Origin: Patescibacteria group bacterium
GTDB taxonomy: Bacteria; Patescibacteriota; Microgenomatia; UBA8517
Assembly: GCA_035291665.1 (NCBI GenBank)
Contig: DATDRP010000001.1
Span: 2,569-66,568, forward strand
Reading direction: 5' to 3'
DNA length: 64,000 bases
Positions 19,949-30,844 of this stretch are shown here, piece by piece (position 1 is the stretch's first letter; each line of letters begins with the position of its first letter). The notes beneath the pieces were generated by a model that saw only the letters and a program-made list of their open reading frames with translations, was not told the origin of the DNA and did not search any database. The position numbers were made by a program, and so were the translations under genes.

Positions 19949-20509
19949 ATGATAGAAGTATTCTTTGAATTCTTACTTCAAATATATTACCAAAAACCAA
20001 TTGTAAAAAATGTACATGAAGAATTGGTTATTGAGAGTAATAATATTAGCAGACCGTTTCCGTTAAACTTAAATGACGAAGGAAAATATTTTAATGGTAA
20101 CTCGGGGTTTACCCACCCTGAGGGAGTCACGGCGTACAATACGGCATCAGACAAAATTATTGAGAAAGTTTCAGAAACTGCTGTTGAAAAGTCTCCGGTA
20201 TTGGTTGAGTGCGGTATAAATATAGAAAAATGTGTACGCTTTCCAACCCCGACATTATCTTATCCAACCTTATATCCCACAGCTTATCCCACTCATAGAC
20301 TTCTTCCGACAATATTGCCTGAACCAACAATTTATCCGACCTTGCCACCCGAACCGGAGCCATCAATTCCGCCAATAATTATTGATCCTCCGGAAATAGT
20401 ACCCATTCCGCCTTATCCTATTTGTCCGCCCGAATATTTAGTGCAACATGCCAATGGCAGCAAGTTAACAGATTCTATGATTTGTTTAGATTACTCGTCT
20501 TTCAATTAA
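19949..20509 (+). CDS. Pro-rich hypothetical exported protein
   Basis: 186 aa; YPT/PEP repeats. Confidence 0.55.
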   Translation: MIEVFFEFLLQIYYQKPIVKNVHEELVIESNNISRPFPLNLNDEGKYFNGNSGFTHPEGVTAYNTASDKIIEKVSETAVEKSPVLVECGINIEKCVRFPTPTLSYPTLYPTAYPTHRLLPTILPEPTIYPTLPPEPEPSIPPIIIDPPEIVPIPPYPICPPEYLVQHANGSKLTDSMICLDYSSFN

Positions 20510-20575
20510 TGCGGGATTTGACCGATTCATCCTTTACATATTGACAACGTCTACCAATAGTAATGAAATAAGTTA

Positions 20576-21259
20576 ATGCCCCGATATAAATCGAAAAAGA
20601 CTGGTGCTGCGAGATTGTCTTTTAACTCATTCATTATATTGGGAGCGTTGGTGGTACTTGCTGCTACAATTATATTTTTTCGTTTAAATGTTTTTGCATC
20701 ATCAAGCGCACGAGTTGGCAAAGGGGGAGGCACGGTTACGCCTGCACCTTTACCGACTCCTGTTGCAGGTGAACTTCTCACAAATGCTTCCTTTGAATTT
20801 AATACCGACGCGGACAGCCAAACTCCCGATGGTTGGCTTCAACACTATGATCAACCCAACAGACTGGCCAAAGTTGTTTGCGACTCTGGCCATAGCGGCA
20901 ACTGTTCTTATTATGTTGACGGAAAACATTCAAATGCTATAAAACAATATGTTACCTATTCGGCTCCAGCCGGCAGCTTGGTTACGGTTTCGGGGTGGGG
21001 TAAGGGTAAAAATGTAGCCGATAATACGAACGCTTCAGAGGGATCGTTTTGGGTTCAAGCATGGATCCATTACACGGACGGATCAACAGAATATGGCCTT
21101 CATGCAGATTTTGCAAATGGTACGCATCCATTTCAATATGCAACGAAATCATTTACGGCAGGTAAACCTGTTGAGGGATTCACATACTTTGTAAAGTTCA
21201 CAAAGACAGGATATGCTTGGCTTGATGATGTGAGTCTTACTGTAAACACACCCCAATAA
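20576..21259 (+). CDS. membrane-anchored carbohydrate-binding-module-like protein
   Basis: TM helix, PT linker, LLTNASFE...PDGW...WLDDVSL (CBM4/9-like jelly roll pattern). Confidence 0.6.
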   Translation: MPRYKSKKTGAARLSFNSFIILGALVVLAATIIFFRLNVFASSSARVGKGGGTVTPAPLPTPVAGELLTNASFEFNTDADSQTPDGWLQHYDQPNRLAKVVCDSGHSGNCSYYVDGKHSNAIKQYVTYSAPAGSLVTVSGWGKGKNVADNTNASEGSFWVQAWIHYTDGSTEYGLHADFANGTHPFQYATKSFTAGKPVEGFTYFVKFTKTGYAWLDDVSLTVNTPQ

Positions 21260-21274
21260 CTTTCAGAAGTTTTG

Positions 21275-21354
21275 ACAGCGTTCAAGAAAACCACCGAGTC
21301 TGATCGAGTCAAACTCGACAACCAAGTCAGACTTGGCTCGGGGGAGGATGTCAT
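21275..21354 (+). mobile_element. Internally deleted IS200/IS605-end element
   Basis: caagaaaaccaccgagtc...ctcgggggaggatgtcat. Confidence 0.65.
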
Positions 21355-21415
21355 AAATAAAAAGTATTATACGAATTGTAGTCGTTCGGATTAGTTGGTG
21401 CTATGATGAAAATAT

Positions 21416-22660
21416 ATGCTTCGAAAAGCTGAAACGGCTGTAATAGGTGATCCTGTATGGAGGAGAATTATTACTTTATCACTAATTTTATTTTTCCTTT
21501 TGTTATCTGATGCAATATTATCAACGTGGGTTCCTCAATTGATTGAATCAACATTCGAGAGTTCGATAGTAATGGGTTTTGTCATGAGCTTTTCGTCGGT
21601 CGTCGGTTTCGGGGCTGACCTTATCTTTCCCCAGCTTTTCAAAGGAATAAACTTCAAAAAGTTACTTTTTATGGCAATAATTGCCTCAATTGCTTTTTCA
21701 CTTACATTAATAAGTGCAACGATGATTCCTTTTGTTTTAATTTTTCTTATCTCAATGGCTATTTGGGGTATTTATTATGAAATCGTCGGTTTTGCAAACC
21801 ATCAGTTTGTTGCTGATAGCGTTCCTGTCCGCATGCATGCATCCACTTGGGCATTTATGGGTGTTTTTAAAAATCTGGCATATTTTTTGGGTCCGCTTCT
21901 TGCAGGACTTCTGGTAATGACGAATGCTCAATCTCCCGCATATGTTGCAATCGTTTTTACAATTATTGCTTTAATAATTCTTCTATTATCAAAAAAACAT
22001 CACGAACGGCCGGTTTCGATCGAGATAGATAAAATCAGCCTTCGATGCGAGATGGAGCATTGGGTGGTTTTATTCAGAAAAGTCTGGCCGGTGCTGGTTG
22101 TCGGAATAATCATGGGAATTGTTGATGCTTTCTTTTGGACAGCCGGTGCGGTTTATACAGAAGATCTGGCAAAAATTAGTATTTGGGGAAAATGGTTTCT
22201 TCCCATGTATACGCTACCTGCTCTTTTCATCGGATTTGTAGTTGCAAAAAAGGGAATAATAAACGGCAAGAAGAAAACCGCATTAAAGTTTTTTCTACTG
22301 TCGGGAATTTTCCTGGCGATGATGAATGTTTTTGAAAATGTTGAATGGCAGTTGCTGGTTGTATTTTGTTCCAGTTTTGCATTATCGATTTCCTATCCTT
22401 TGATCGAAGGAGTTTATTCTGATATTGTTCTTCGGATGGGACGCCAAAGAAAACATATGATCGGGTTATGCTCTTCAACAACAAGTATTTCGTATATAGT
22501 AGGACCGATTATTGCCGGTATAACTGCATCAGTATTGGGGAACGTATTAACTTTTGTTTACTTAGGATATTTTGTTGCCGCGGTCGCTTTAATTTTGTTT
22601 GCCTTAACACCAAAAAAACTTAAACTTCCCCAAGTTGAGATAAAGAAATGGAAGGATTAA
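21416..22660 (+). CDS. MFS transporter
   Basis: 414 aa, ~12 TM helices, GPLLAG/GPIIAG motifs. Confidence 0.85.
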   Translation: MLRKAETAVIGDPVWRRIITLSLILFFLLLSDAILSTWVPQLIESTFESSIVMGFVMSFSSVVGFGADLIFPQLFKGINFKKLLFMAIIASIAFSLTLISATMIPFVLIFLISMAIWGIYYEIVGFANHQFVADSVPVRMHASTWAFMGVFKNLAYFLGPLLAGLLVMTNAQSPAYVAIVFTIIALIILLLSKKHHERPVSIEIDKISLRCEMEHWVVLFRKVWPVLVVGIIMGIVDAFFWTAGAVYTEDLAKISIWGKWFLPMYTLPALFIGFVVAKKGIINGKKKTALKFFLLSGIFLAMMNVFENVEWQLLVVFCSSFALSISYPLIEGVYSDIVLRMGRQRKHMIGLCSSTTSISYIVGPIIAGITASVLGNVLTFVYLGYFVAAVALILFALTPKKLKLPQVEIKKWKD

Positions 22661-22666
22661 TTCGAA

Positions 22667-23398
22667 GTGATCATATTCAAATTTATCAAAAACATAATTC
22701 TGGCAGTCATTATAATAGCAATACTTACGGTTCCGATTTGTGTCTATTTTGTGAAGTTTAATTCAGAGTCTTTTTTGGGAGAAAACCTTAAAAAAGTTGT
22801 GATGCAAAATAATTTTCTGATCGGATTTATGAATCTGGATTCTCCCGGAGATGCGAGATTCTTATATCTCAAACCGGACGGTAAGAGCATATCTGTGAGA
22901 ATTATACCGGTTAATTCAAAGATGCCTGATTTGGATGCGGATCTTTGGGTGAATGAAATGATTTCTCAAACTTTAAATAAAGACGCAGAAATTTCTGTAA
23001 CAAACAATGTTGATTATCCGGTTAATGACCATCTGAAAGATGGGGATCTGAACAACCTTCACAACTTGGTTAAAAAGAATGATGCGGCTGATTTATATAT
23101 AATTTATACAAGTTCATATAATGAGATTCCTTCATCCGTAGGTCTTGTGTTGCATCGCGATACGATATTCATTTTTAAAGATGCAATTGACGGATTAACG
23201 GAAAAAGGCGTTATAAAAGATGTTTTGGAACGGACAACGATAATGCATGAGTGGGGACACTTGCTGGGAATGGATCATGTTTCTGATGAAAAGTGCATCA
23301 TGGATGAACAAGCTGATGTCTATGACACGCCGCCGCTTGGTAAAAAACTCCCAACCGAGTATTGTTGGGAAGAACTCCAAAGTCTTGATCAGTCATGA
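22667..23398 (+). CDS. metzincin-type zinc metalloprotease
   Basis: HEWGHLLGMDH followed by CIM Met-turn; N-terminal TM. Confidence 0.75.
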   Translation: MIIFKFIKNIILAVIIIAILTVPICVYFVKFNSESFLGENLKKVVMQNNFLIGFMNLDSPGDARFLYLKPDGKSISVRIIPVNSKMPDLDADLWVNEMISQTLNKDAEISVTNNVDYPVNDHLKDGDLNNLHNLVKKNDAADLYIIYTSSYNEIPSSVGLVLHRDTIFIFKDAIDGLTEKGVIKDVLERTTIMHEWGHLLGMDHVSDEKCIMDEQADVYDTPPLGKKLPTEYCWEELQSLDQS

Positions 23399-23417
23399 TA
23401 AATCTTATTACCGATCA

Positions 23418-23810
23418 TCAGCCACCGAAGAAGGGTTTATCTTTTTTTGATGGCGGTCCATCTTCCCAAACATTTGAAGTTGTCGGGTAGGGGGATGCAG
23501 TTACCGGAGTTGGGGAGATTGTCAAAGCAGGATATGTAAACGTAGTAGTAGGGGTTGAGGTTGGCACAACAGAACCGCTTTTAAGCTTTGGATATAGAGT
23601 GGGCGATGGGGTGTTAGTTTGTGGCGAACCTGTTTCGGGTATCGTTGGAATATTCTCTTCGGACTTGTTGTTTTCAGATAAATTTACTTTTGATAGTCTG
23701 GTTATTAAGTCTTTAAGATAGTGCGGCTTGTAAATCGAAACAATAAATAAAACAACTAGCGTCAAAAATATGATTACAAGTAGCGGAGCGAATCCATTTT
23801 GTTTCATCAT
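23418..23810 (-). CDS. membrane protein with Pro/Thr-rich tail
   Basis: Prepilin-like GFAPLLVII N-terminus, PT repeats. Confidence 0.55.
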   Translation of the reverse strand: MMKQNGFAPLLVIIFLTLVVLFIVSIYKPHYLKDLITRLSKVNLSENNKSEENIPTIPETGSPQTNTPSPTLYPKLKSGSVVPTSTPTTTFTYPALTISPTPVTASPYPTTSNVWEDGPPSKKDKPFFGG

Positions 23811-23965
23811 TTTATCTTAACACCATACGGGGGAGTTAATCATTCTTATCAAATGTGTATTTCAAACTCCCATACATCCTGCATAGAGGCTCCGTGTTTT
23901 TACGTTTTGGGAAAGAAAGTGGTTTTTCACCCGTGGGGTGGCATATTCACCCTTGGAAAGTGAAC

Positions 23966-24598
23966 TTAAATATCTATGTTTCGGAGAAATGCCTTCGCGT
24001 CCTTATTATGAACTTTAAGTGCAGATTTAAAAGGTTGGATAAGGTATTCAGCTATAGCGGTTTTAACACCCAACTGATCTAAATCTTCAAGAATTTTCAA
24101 ACGGCCATTTGACAAATCGCTCATTTCTTTAGGTAAATCACGTGTTTTTCCTGGTAAACGGAAAAGTTCAACACCAGCCTCCCTTCCGATTAATGAATAA
24201 TCATCCGGGTCTCGGGTAAATGTAAGTCTTCGCAACCCGTCTTTTTTAGTTGGTATAAGAATTCCAATATCGCTTATTCTAACGGGTTCATCGCTTTTGC
24301 TTGTAAAACAAAGGTCGCTTAGATAAAATTCAGTACGCTGAAAACGGTTATTATTAGTGATAATTCTATAAGCCGAACCCGACAAACAGTTCTTAATAGG
24401 TGGTAAAGATTTTCCTAAGTTACCTTCTAAAATTTCATGTAATTTTTCCAAACCCTGAGCATTTGAAGCTTCCATCAGGTCATTAGTAGTCACATTTATA
24501 GCAGTAGCATCCAATGACGTTTGAGCATCAATTTGATAGCCGGTCGCGGGAGTGTTGTTATGTTTTAATGTCAAACGTCTTATTATTTCTTTAAGCAT
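23966..24598 (-). CDS. hypothetical protein
   Basis: ~210 aa ORF divergent from the sigma gene. Confidence 0.55.
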   Translation of the reverse strand: MLKEIIRRLTLKHNNTPATGYQIDAQTSLDATAINVTTNDLMEASNAQGLEKLHEILEGNLGKSLPPIKNCLSGSAYRIITNNNRFQRTEFYLSDLCFTSKSDEPVRISDIGILIPTKKDGLRRLTFTRDPDDYSLIGREAGVELFRLPGKTRDLPKEMSDLSNGRLKILEDLDQLGVKTAIAEYLIQPFKSALKVHNKDAKAFLRNIDI

Positions 24599-24801
24599 AA
24601 ACAATAATTACAAAATACCTATAATTTATTTATATTGAGACGGATTATAACAGATTATTAATGAGTATTTTGAAGATGAAATTTTACACACTAATAAGTT
24701 CGTATCTATTATAAGATTTTGTGTTGTTGCTGAAGTTGTTGATTTGGATTTATAATATCTGGAATGTAAGATCTGCCTCATTTGTTTTGATTTGTATTAC
24801 C

Positions 24802-26088
24802 ATGGAACACGAACCCAACGGCTATGGTGTTTTTGATCTAAAACTTTTCACCCCCGACGTTATTAGAAATTTGCAGACTGAAGAAATTCCTGTAATTTTA
24901 TCAGAACTTAATAAAAAAGATTTGAGAAAAGTTATTGGTCTTCTTTCAGAAAACGGATTTGAACCGGACGAACTTCAAGAATATATTGGTATAGCGAAAG
25001 ATATTAGAAGAGGGAGAATTGAGACTGTGACGACCCGGGATGAAGAGACGTTCGAAGAGGATGAGGAACTATTAATATATGAAGGAATCCCTCAAGCTGA
25101 CGATACTGAAGTTACCGGAGTATGCCGTAATGAAGTTGACAATATTGCGCCGGACGATGTAATCGGGCAAATGCTTAAAAGTGCAAACCATTCGATTTTA
25201 ACTGAAGCGCAGGAATTTGAACTAACGACACGTATGCGTAAAAGTAAAGATGAAATTGATAGATTAAGATCAAAAGTTACAAGGAATTCGAAAGAGCAGG
25301 AATTGCTTCAAAGCAATATTGAAATTTTTATGACCACAAGAGATATTGTTATGGCTCATAATTATAGACTGACTGTTTCGATTGCAAAAAAGTATAGGGG
25401 TAGGGGGGTTCTTTTTGCGGATCTTATTCAACTGGGTAGTGATGGTCTTCATGTTGCCTGCGAAAAATTTGAGCCGGATAAACGCTTCAAATTTTCTACC
25501 TATGCAACCTGGTGGATTCGGCAGAGGATAACGCGGGGTATTGCGGAACAGTCACGAACCATTCGTGTACCAGTTCATTATTTTGATCATATCCAAAAAA
25601 CGTATAGGGTGACGCAACAATTACAACAGACTACAAGGTTGCGCGAAGGTAGGGATCCAACTATCGCAGAGATAGCTAAAGCACTGGAAACGACTGAACA
25701 AGATGTACAAGATGTTTTCTTGATCGCACAACCACCATCAAGTCTTGAAGAGCCATTGGATACAGAATCATCCGACTCGTCCGAATTTGGCGATTATATT
25801 GAAGACACAATTCCTTCGTTAGAGCAGCAAACAGAGAAAAATATTCTGAAAGAAAAAGTACACGACGCCCTGAATCACCTGGATGAGAGATTGGCTTTGA
25901 TTATCGCCCTTCGGTATGGAATTGAATATCAAGGGAGAAATGTTTATTATCCGGGAACTGAATCACACACTCTTGAGGAAACGGGTGAATTTTTGCATAT
26001 TACACGCGAGCGTATCAGACAGTTGGAAGCAAAAGCTGAAAGTGAATTAAGAATATTATTGACTAAGCATGGTCTCAAAGACTATTAA
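24802..26088 (+). CDS. RpoD/SigA-family RNA polymerase sigma-70 factor (divergent paralog)
   Basis: Region 2 [12 protein letters not shown]...DLIQ...[12 protein letters not shown]...RTIRVPVH; region 4 TLEETG...[10 protein letters not shown]. Confidence 0.9.
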   Translation: MEHEPNGYGVFDLKLFTPDVIRNLQTEEIPVILSELNKKDLRKVIGLLSENGFEPDELQEYIGIAKDIRRGRIETVTTRDEETFEEDEELLIYEGIPQADDTEVTGVCRNEVDNIAPDDVIGQMLKSANHSILTEAQEFELTTRMRKSKDEIDRLRSKVTRNSKEQELLQSNIEIFMTTRDIVMAHNYRLTVSIAKKYRGRGVLFADLIQLGSDGLHVACEKFEPDKRFKFSTYATWWIRQRITRGIAEQSRTIRVPVHYFDHIQKTYRVTQQLQQTTRLREGRDPTIAEIAKALETTEQDVQDVFLIAQPPSSLEEPLDTESSDSSEFGDYIEDTIPSLEQQTEKNILKEKVHDALNHLDERLALIIALRYGIEYQGRNVYYPGTESHTLEETGEFLHITRERIRQLEAKAESELRILLTKHGLKDY

Positions 26089-26116
26089 GAAACATACTTA
26101 GTTTTTGATAAAAATA

Positions 26117-27574
26117 ATGGAAAGAATTAGCGGAGAACATAGTGCGATTAACCTTCAACGCAAACCGACTGAGGCGGAGTTGTTGTGGCTTGATACAGCC
26201 CCCGCGGTAGATATATTAAAATCAAACCTTCTTTATAACCGTCAGGAAGTTCTTCCTCTATTCACAATCATAAAAGAGGATGTTGAGATAGATGAGAAAA
26301 ATAGGCGGGATATCCAGGCTGGTATTAAGCATCGCGGTCAAGCGAGCCCGATTGGCGTCAGACCTGTATTGGTTTCTGATGAAGAGTGGGAAAGTTTATG
26401 GAATTCACAGGATCCGGAAACAAAAGATTTGTTTCCCGAATATCGGCACCATCATGTTTTGTATGAGATTCACAATGGGTTTCACAGACGCAGCGTTTTA
26501 GAAGAAGAAAAGGCGCCAACAGTAGAGGCTTCAGTTTGGTACAACATGTCGGATGATGAGTTTGATGCTGAAAGGATTAAGGCAAGTTTGGAACATACAG
26601 TTAAATTTTCAAGGCTAGCCACTTGGATACGGGATGCATTTGCAAGGTCTCCCTGGGCTAACAGCGGTTTAAGAATTGATCAGATTTTTTCTTTAGCCGC
26701 AAACGACTCGTCCGGAAGGAATTTGATTAACAGATTCGATTTATTGGAGGCTGACATAAAAAATATGAAAAATTGGGCTAATCGAAAAGCTGAAGAATGG
26801 GAATCCTCAGTCGGCGCTTTATATCAGGACTTGAGTATTATTGTGAACCTTGACCCCGAGTTAATCAAAAAAATCAGGATCGGAGGCGGGGGTAGCAGGG
26901 GGAAAGGTGTCTTGAGCCCGGCTAGAGTGCGGGAGGTTGTGAAAGTCTTTAATCTCGATACGGATCCTTGTTATAAAATGCAAAACCTATTATGCGAATC
27001 AATTATCAATCACGATCTAAACGCAAAAGATTTGGAATTAGTTGCGCCGCTTACTATGATGTTTAAGGATAAAGAAGAAGTTTTACAAATGATATTTAAA
27101 GATCCGCATAATATTGTTCCTGAATATCTTGACCTGTTAACAGAAAGCGAGCAGGATGATCCAACAATTTCAAATTCCAATGAGGATAATCAAAAAACAT
27201 CTGCTGCCGGTCGAAGTATATTTTCTTATGGATCTTCCGGTGGTAATGGAGCTAATCATTATCACAGAAATCCCACGATTGAAGATTTGGAAGCGGAAAA
27301 TGAAGTGCTGAGAAAGAGGTTGGAGTTCAATCCCGGTACGGCTTCGACCGGTGAACTTAAACTGCTTAGGACAAAAAATATTTCAGTCGATGAGCAAAGA
27401 TTACTCGTAGAATTATTTATCGAAGGCAAGCCAATAAGGAAGATTGCGGAAGGTATGAATGTAACAACAAACAAAGTGTGGAGTCTTCTGAATAGTGTAA
27501 TTGTAAAGTTTGACCATGAAAACGAGATCCAACAGCTAAGAGACTTTTTCAATAAATCCAATAAAGATGAATAA
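26117..27574 (+). CDS. ParB/Srx N-terminal-domain protein with C-terminal HTH
   Basis: GQASPIGVRP...YEIHNGFHRRS ParB-N-like motif; C-terminal EGKPIRKIAEGMNVTTNKV sigma-R4/LuxR-like HTH. Confidence 0.6.
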   Translation: MERISGEHSAINLQRKPTEAELLWLDTAPAVDILKSNLLYNRQEVLPLFTIIKEDVEIDEKNRRDIQAGIKHRGQASPIGVRPVLVSDEEWESLWNSQDPETKDLFPEYRHHHVLYEIHNGFHRRSVLEEEKAPTVEASVWYNMSDDEFDAERIKASLEHTVKFSRLATWIRDAFARSPWANSGLRIDQIFSLAANDSSGRNLINRFDLLEADIKNMKNWANRKAEEWESSVGALYQDLSIIVNLDPELIKKIRIGGGGSRGKGVLSPARVREVVKVFNLDTDPCYKMQNLLCESIINHDLNAKDLELVAPLTMMFKDKEEVLQMIFKDPHNIVPEYLDLLTESEQDDPTISNSNEDNQKTSAAGRSIFSYGSSGGNGANHYHRNPTIEDLEAENEVLRKRLEFNPGTASTGELKLLRTKNISVDEQRLLVELFIEGKPIRKIAEGMNVTTNKVWSLLNSVIVKFDHENEIQQLRDFFNKSNKDE

Positions 27575-27632
27575 TAACTCATTTTTTCAATCCTGAATAT
27601 ACGGTTTCAGAAATTTACTGATTTAGAAAACC

Positions 27633-27675
27633 TACACTCCAAATTATTAAAAATAATTACGATCTTTTTACGCTC
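27633..27675 (+). repeat. cassette-boundary repeat (degenerate copy)
   Basis: ccaaattattaaaaataattacgatctttttacgctc, similar to 28344-28384. Confidence 0.7.
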
Positions 27676-27695
27676 ATGATTGATATAATCAAATT

Positions 27696-28211
27696 ATGTT
27701 GACCAGGGAAGAAAGGAATTATTTAAAAAAGATTGATCCTTTACGAAAAGCAAATGTTTTTTCGTTTAATCCTAATGGAAAAAAGCTTGGTGACGAGATT
27801 GTTAAAAAGATAAGAAAGAGTTTTCCAAAAGCTGTAATTAAATTTATGGGGTCAGTTGCTTTGGGAATATCCGGGCAAATGGATGTTGATATTTATATTT
27901 TAGCTGACCCGAAGAACTTTGCTGATTATTTACCAGGTCTAGAAAAGTTATTCGGCGAACTGAATAAACAGGGTGATTATGTAAAAAAGCGTTTTGTCGA
28001 ATGGAAGTTTAAACAGGAAGGATATGATATTGAGATTTACCTAACCGAACCTCCAGATAGGCAGATAAAAGTTTATGATATTTTAAAATCAAATAAGAAG
28101 TTATTGAAAGAGTATGAGGAATTAAAGTGGAGATACAATGGCAAGAGTTATCGGGATTATCAAGAGGTGAAGTATATGTTTTATAACAAAATATTGAATA
28201 AAAATAAGTAA
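27696..28211 (+). CDS. GrpB/UPF0157-family nucleotidyltransferase-like protein
   Basis: FMGSVALGISGQMDVDI, YEELK...YQEVKYMF. Confidence 0.7.
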   Translation: MLTREERNYLKKIDPLRKANVFSFNPNGKKLGDEIVKKIRKSFPKAVIKFMGSVALGISGQMDVDIYILADPKNFADYLPGLEKLFGELNKQGDYVKKRFVEWKFKQEGYDIEIYLTEPPDRQIKVYDILKSNKKLLKEYEELKWRYNGKSYRDYQEVKYMFYNKILNKNK

Positions 28212-28227
28212 AGAGCCTTAATCTTTT

Positions 28228-28384
28228 AAGTTCGAACATCCTTTCATCCATCCCTATTTTTTTGTGTAATTTTGAAGCTAAAATTTGTCAGCAGCCCTGG
28301 ATGTCGTAGATCCTGAGTGAAACCGAAGGAGAAAGTATACACACCAAATTATTTTTTCAAAATAATTACGAACTTTTTACGCTC
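28228..28384 (+). repeat. composite cassette-boundary repeat
   Basis: aagttcgaac block shared with 29112; 49 bp identical to 30845-30893; 32 bp identical to 30044-30075. Confidence 0.85.
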
Positions 28385-28455
28385 TAAATCTGGTTTGTGG
28401 ACTTTTAAATTAGTATCTAATGAAGTTGGGTTATATTGTAAAATGTGTAAGTAAT

Positions 28456-29112
28456 ATGAAATTACTTTTAACATCAGCGGGATTAAGCAATAAAACAATC
28501 GTAGAGGTGTTTAATAATCTAGTTGGCTTGCCAAATGAGAAAATTAAGATAGTCTATATCCCTACAGCCTCAAATGTGGAGGAGGGGGACAAGGGGTGGC
28601 TGATTGATGATTACACCAATCTTAAAAACCAAAAATATGGTTGTATAGATATTGTGGATATAGCTGCAGTTCCACGGGATATTTGGCTTCCAAGAATCAA
28701 GGAAGCAAATGTTATTTTTATTGGTGGTGGGAATACATACTACCTGATGTCTTGGCTAATAAAATCTGGTTTAGATAAAATTCTTCCAGATTTGTTAAAA
28801 ACAAGAGTTTATGCAGGAATTAGTGCTGGGAGTATGGTAGCAACTATAAATTTACGGTTGAGCACTTCACAAAAATCGTACTCAGAAAAGGTATATCGTT
28901 TAGAAAATGAGAATGGTTTGGGTTTGGTTGATTTTCACATAAGGCCACATCTTAATTCGGATTTCTTTCCTAAGGTTAGGATAAAATTTATTAAGGAAAT
29001 TGCAAAAGATATTCCTGAACCAATTTATGTAATTGATGATAATACTGCGGTAGTAGTAAACAGTGATAAAGTCAGTGTTGTATCTGAAGGAAAATGGAAA
29101 AGGTTCAACTAA
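28456..29112 (+). CDS. Peptidase S51 (peptidase E-like)
   Basis: MKLLLTSAG, YIPTAS, IGGGNTYYL, GISAGS, IRPH. Confidence 0.88.
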   Translation: MKLLLTSAGLSNKTIVEVFNNLVGLPNEKIKIVYIPTASNVEEGDKGWLIDDYTNLKNQKYGCIDIVDIAAVPRDIWLPRIKEANVIFIGGGNTYYLMSWLIKSGLDKILPDLLKTRVYAGISAGSMVATINLRLSTSQKSYSEKVYRLENENGLGLVDFHIRPHLNSDFFPKVRIKFIKEIAKDIPEPIYVIDDNTAVVVNSDKVSVVSEGKWKRFN

Positions 29113-29317
29113 AGTTCAAACTTCCTTTCACCCACCCTCTGGTTTTATCCAATTTTGAAACCAATTTGCGAAGCCGGGTATCGAATGGTAATCGGCAGGG
29201 GTTGGTTGCTCGATTTCGAACAGCTGGCTTTAAATCAGCTCATTTGACATTGAAAAGTTTGTTCAGTTCTTAAATCCAAGCCAGTAATTGCTTATAACTA
29301 AGATAAGGTTTGTTAAC

Positions 29318-29875
29318 CTAGTGGATTAAAGACCATACCGCTAATACCTCAACCCATAGAAGTGTGGAGAAAACTACCACTCTTTGACGAACGCCATCCT
29401 TAACTCCAAGTTTTCCAGAATAATTCCACCAAAAATAGTCAAACACAGCAATTGTCCATGAAAAAATTGGGATAATGGGTTTGTTCAGATATCCCAAACC
29501 TATTAAAAAGTATGCTAACGCTGTTCCCGACATTCCTAAGTTATAAATATGTTCATGCAACCTACCAGCTTTGGTTCTTACTGATTTTTTAACATCTGTA
29601 TCCAAAATCCCTTCAAGTGCGGTTAGTATTCCCATCAGCGTTCCAAGATACCAACCCAATTTGACCAATAATATATCGGTTTTACCTGCTAGTAATACGC
29701 AAAGTCCGACCACTAGTATCCCACAGATCATAAAGTTAAATTTTTGAATCCAGCCATATTTTCCCAGAGAAAGTTCGCTTATATAATCCTTTTTCCAATT
29801 GTAATTTGGGGTAACTGCTCCTAATATCAAAGTTACTAAAATAAATAGAATTGGCGCTGTCAATAAAATATACAT
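29318..29875 (-). CDS. DUF998-like membrane protein
   Basis: PNYNWKKDYISELS, GRLH, GVRQR; ~5 TM. Confidence 0.7.
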   Translation of the reverse strand: MYILLTAPILFILVTLILGAVTPNYNWKKDYISELSLGKYGWIQKFNFMICGILVVGLCVLLAGKTDILLVKLGWYLGTLMGILTALEGILDTDVKKSVRTKAGRLHEHIYNLGMSGTALAYFLIGLGYLNKPIIPIFSWTIAVFDYFWWNYSGKLGVKDGVRQRVVVFSTLLWVEVLAVWSLIH

Positions 29876-29992
29876 TTTCAAAAGTATATCACTCCGGAGG
29901 TTGGTTACAATTTGGTTTTTTTAATTTCTAGACAGTTCGATCAGGAATTCTTTTCTAAGCAGTCCTGGTACGTTTCAGTTTATATGAAAATA

Positions 29993-30075
29993 CCCTGGAT
30001 GTCGTAGATCCTGAAAGGAGTCGAAGGGGAAAATACCCAAGTCAATTATTTTTTCAAAATAATTACGAACTTTTT
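29993..30075 (+). repeat. composite cassette-boundary repeat
   Basis: ccctggatgtcgtagatcctga... and aattattttttcaaaataattacgaacttttt. Confidence 0.85.
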
Positions 30076-30127
30076 CGCACAATCTTGAGCCGTAGGGGTT
30101 AGTAAAAATGTAGGGAACGCCACTTTT

Positions 30128-30814
30128 TCAAGATTTTCTAACCACCAATTCAAGGCAGAGTAGGTTGTTTGCTTTTGATTTAACATAAATTTTTTGTTTT
30201 CCGAAACGTTCTGTGTAATTGTTAATCTCAAAATTAGTTATACCAGCTTTGTCAAACATCTCCTCATATTGATCTCTGGAAAATCTAGTCTTAATCATAC
30301 CCTCACCATCAACAAAAACCCCCTTATCAATCTCTCTTGAGCCGTCTCGTAAAAAATTCATTTCTTCTAAGTCTTCTGGAGATTTAACTACTATATATGC
30401 TGTTCCGTTATTTTTTAAGACCCGATGAATTTCTTTCAGAATTTCTAGCGTTCTTTCTTGAATAAAGTAATGAATCGAAAGTCTTGAGTAGAGAATATCA
30501 AAGAAGTTATCTGGTGAGGGAATTCTATCTACAGCTAAATCTACCTGGGATGTTTTGAGCCTGGATTCAAAACTTTCACCCTCTACTTTCAGGTGTGCCC
30601 TTGTTAAAGCAGAGCTTGAAATGTCATACAAAAATACAGAATGGCCGTTTTTCAGGAAATAGAGGCTGTCTGTTCCGTCTCCTCCTCCCAAATCGCAAAC
30701 AACAGAATTTTTCGGAAACAACTTTTCCTTTTCAACACCATAATTTGATGGCAACCTAACCATTGGGTGATTTTCGTGACTTTTATTCCAATGCGATCCT
30801 GCGTCGAACGTCAT
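30128..30814 (-). CDS. class I SAM-dependent methyltransferase
   Basis: VCDLGGGDG, YDIS, FDILYSRLSIHYF, IHRVLKNNG. Confidence 0.88.
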   Translation of the reverse strand: MTFDAGSHWNKSHENHPMVRLPSNYGVEKEKLFPKNSVVCDLGGGDGTDSLYFLKNGHSVFLYDISSSALTRAHLKVEGESFESRLKTSQVDLAVDRIPSPDNFFDILYSRLSIHYFIQERTLEILKEIHRVLKNNGTAYIVVKSPEDLEEMNFLRDGSREIDKGVFVDGEGMIKTRFSRDQYEEMFDKAGITNFEINNYTERFGKQKIYVKSKANNLLCLELVVRKS

Positions 30815-30844
30815 GTTTGAAGTATATATTACCTGAGGCTAAAA

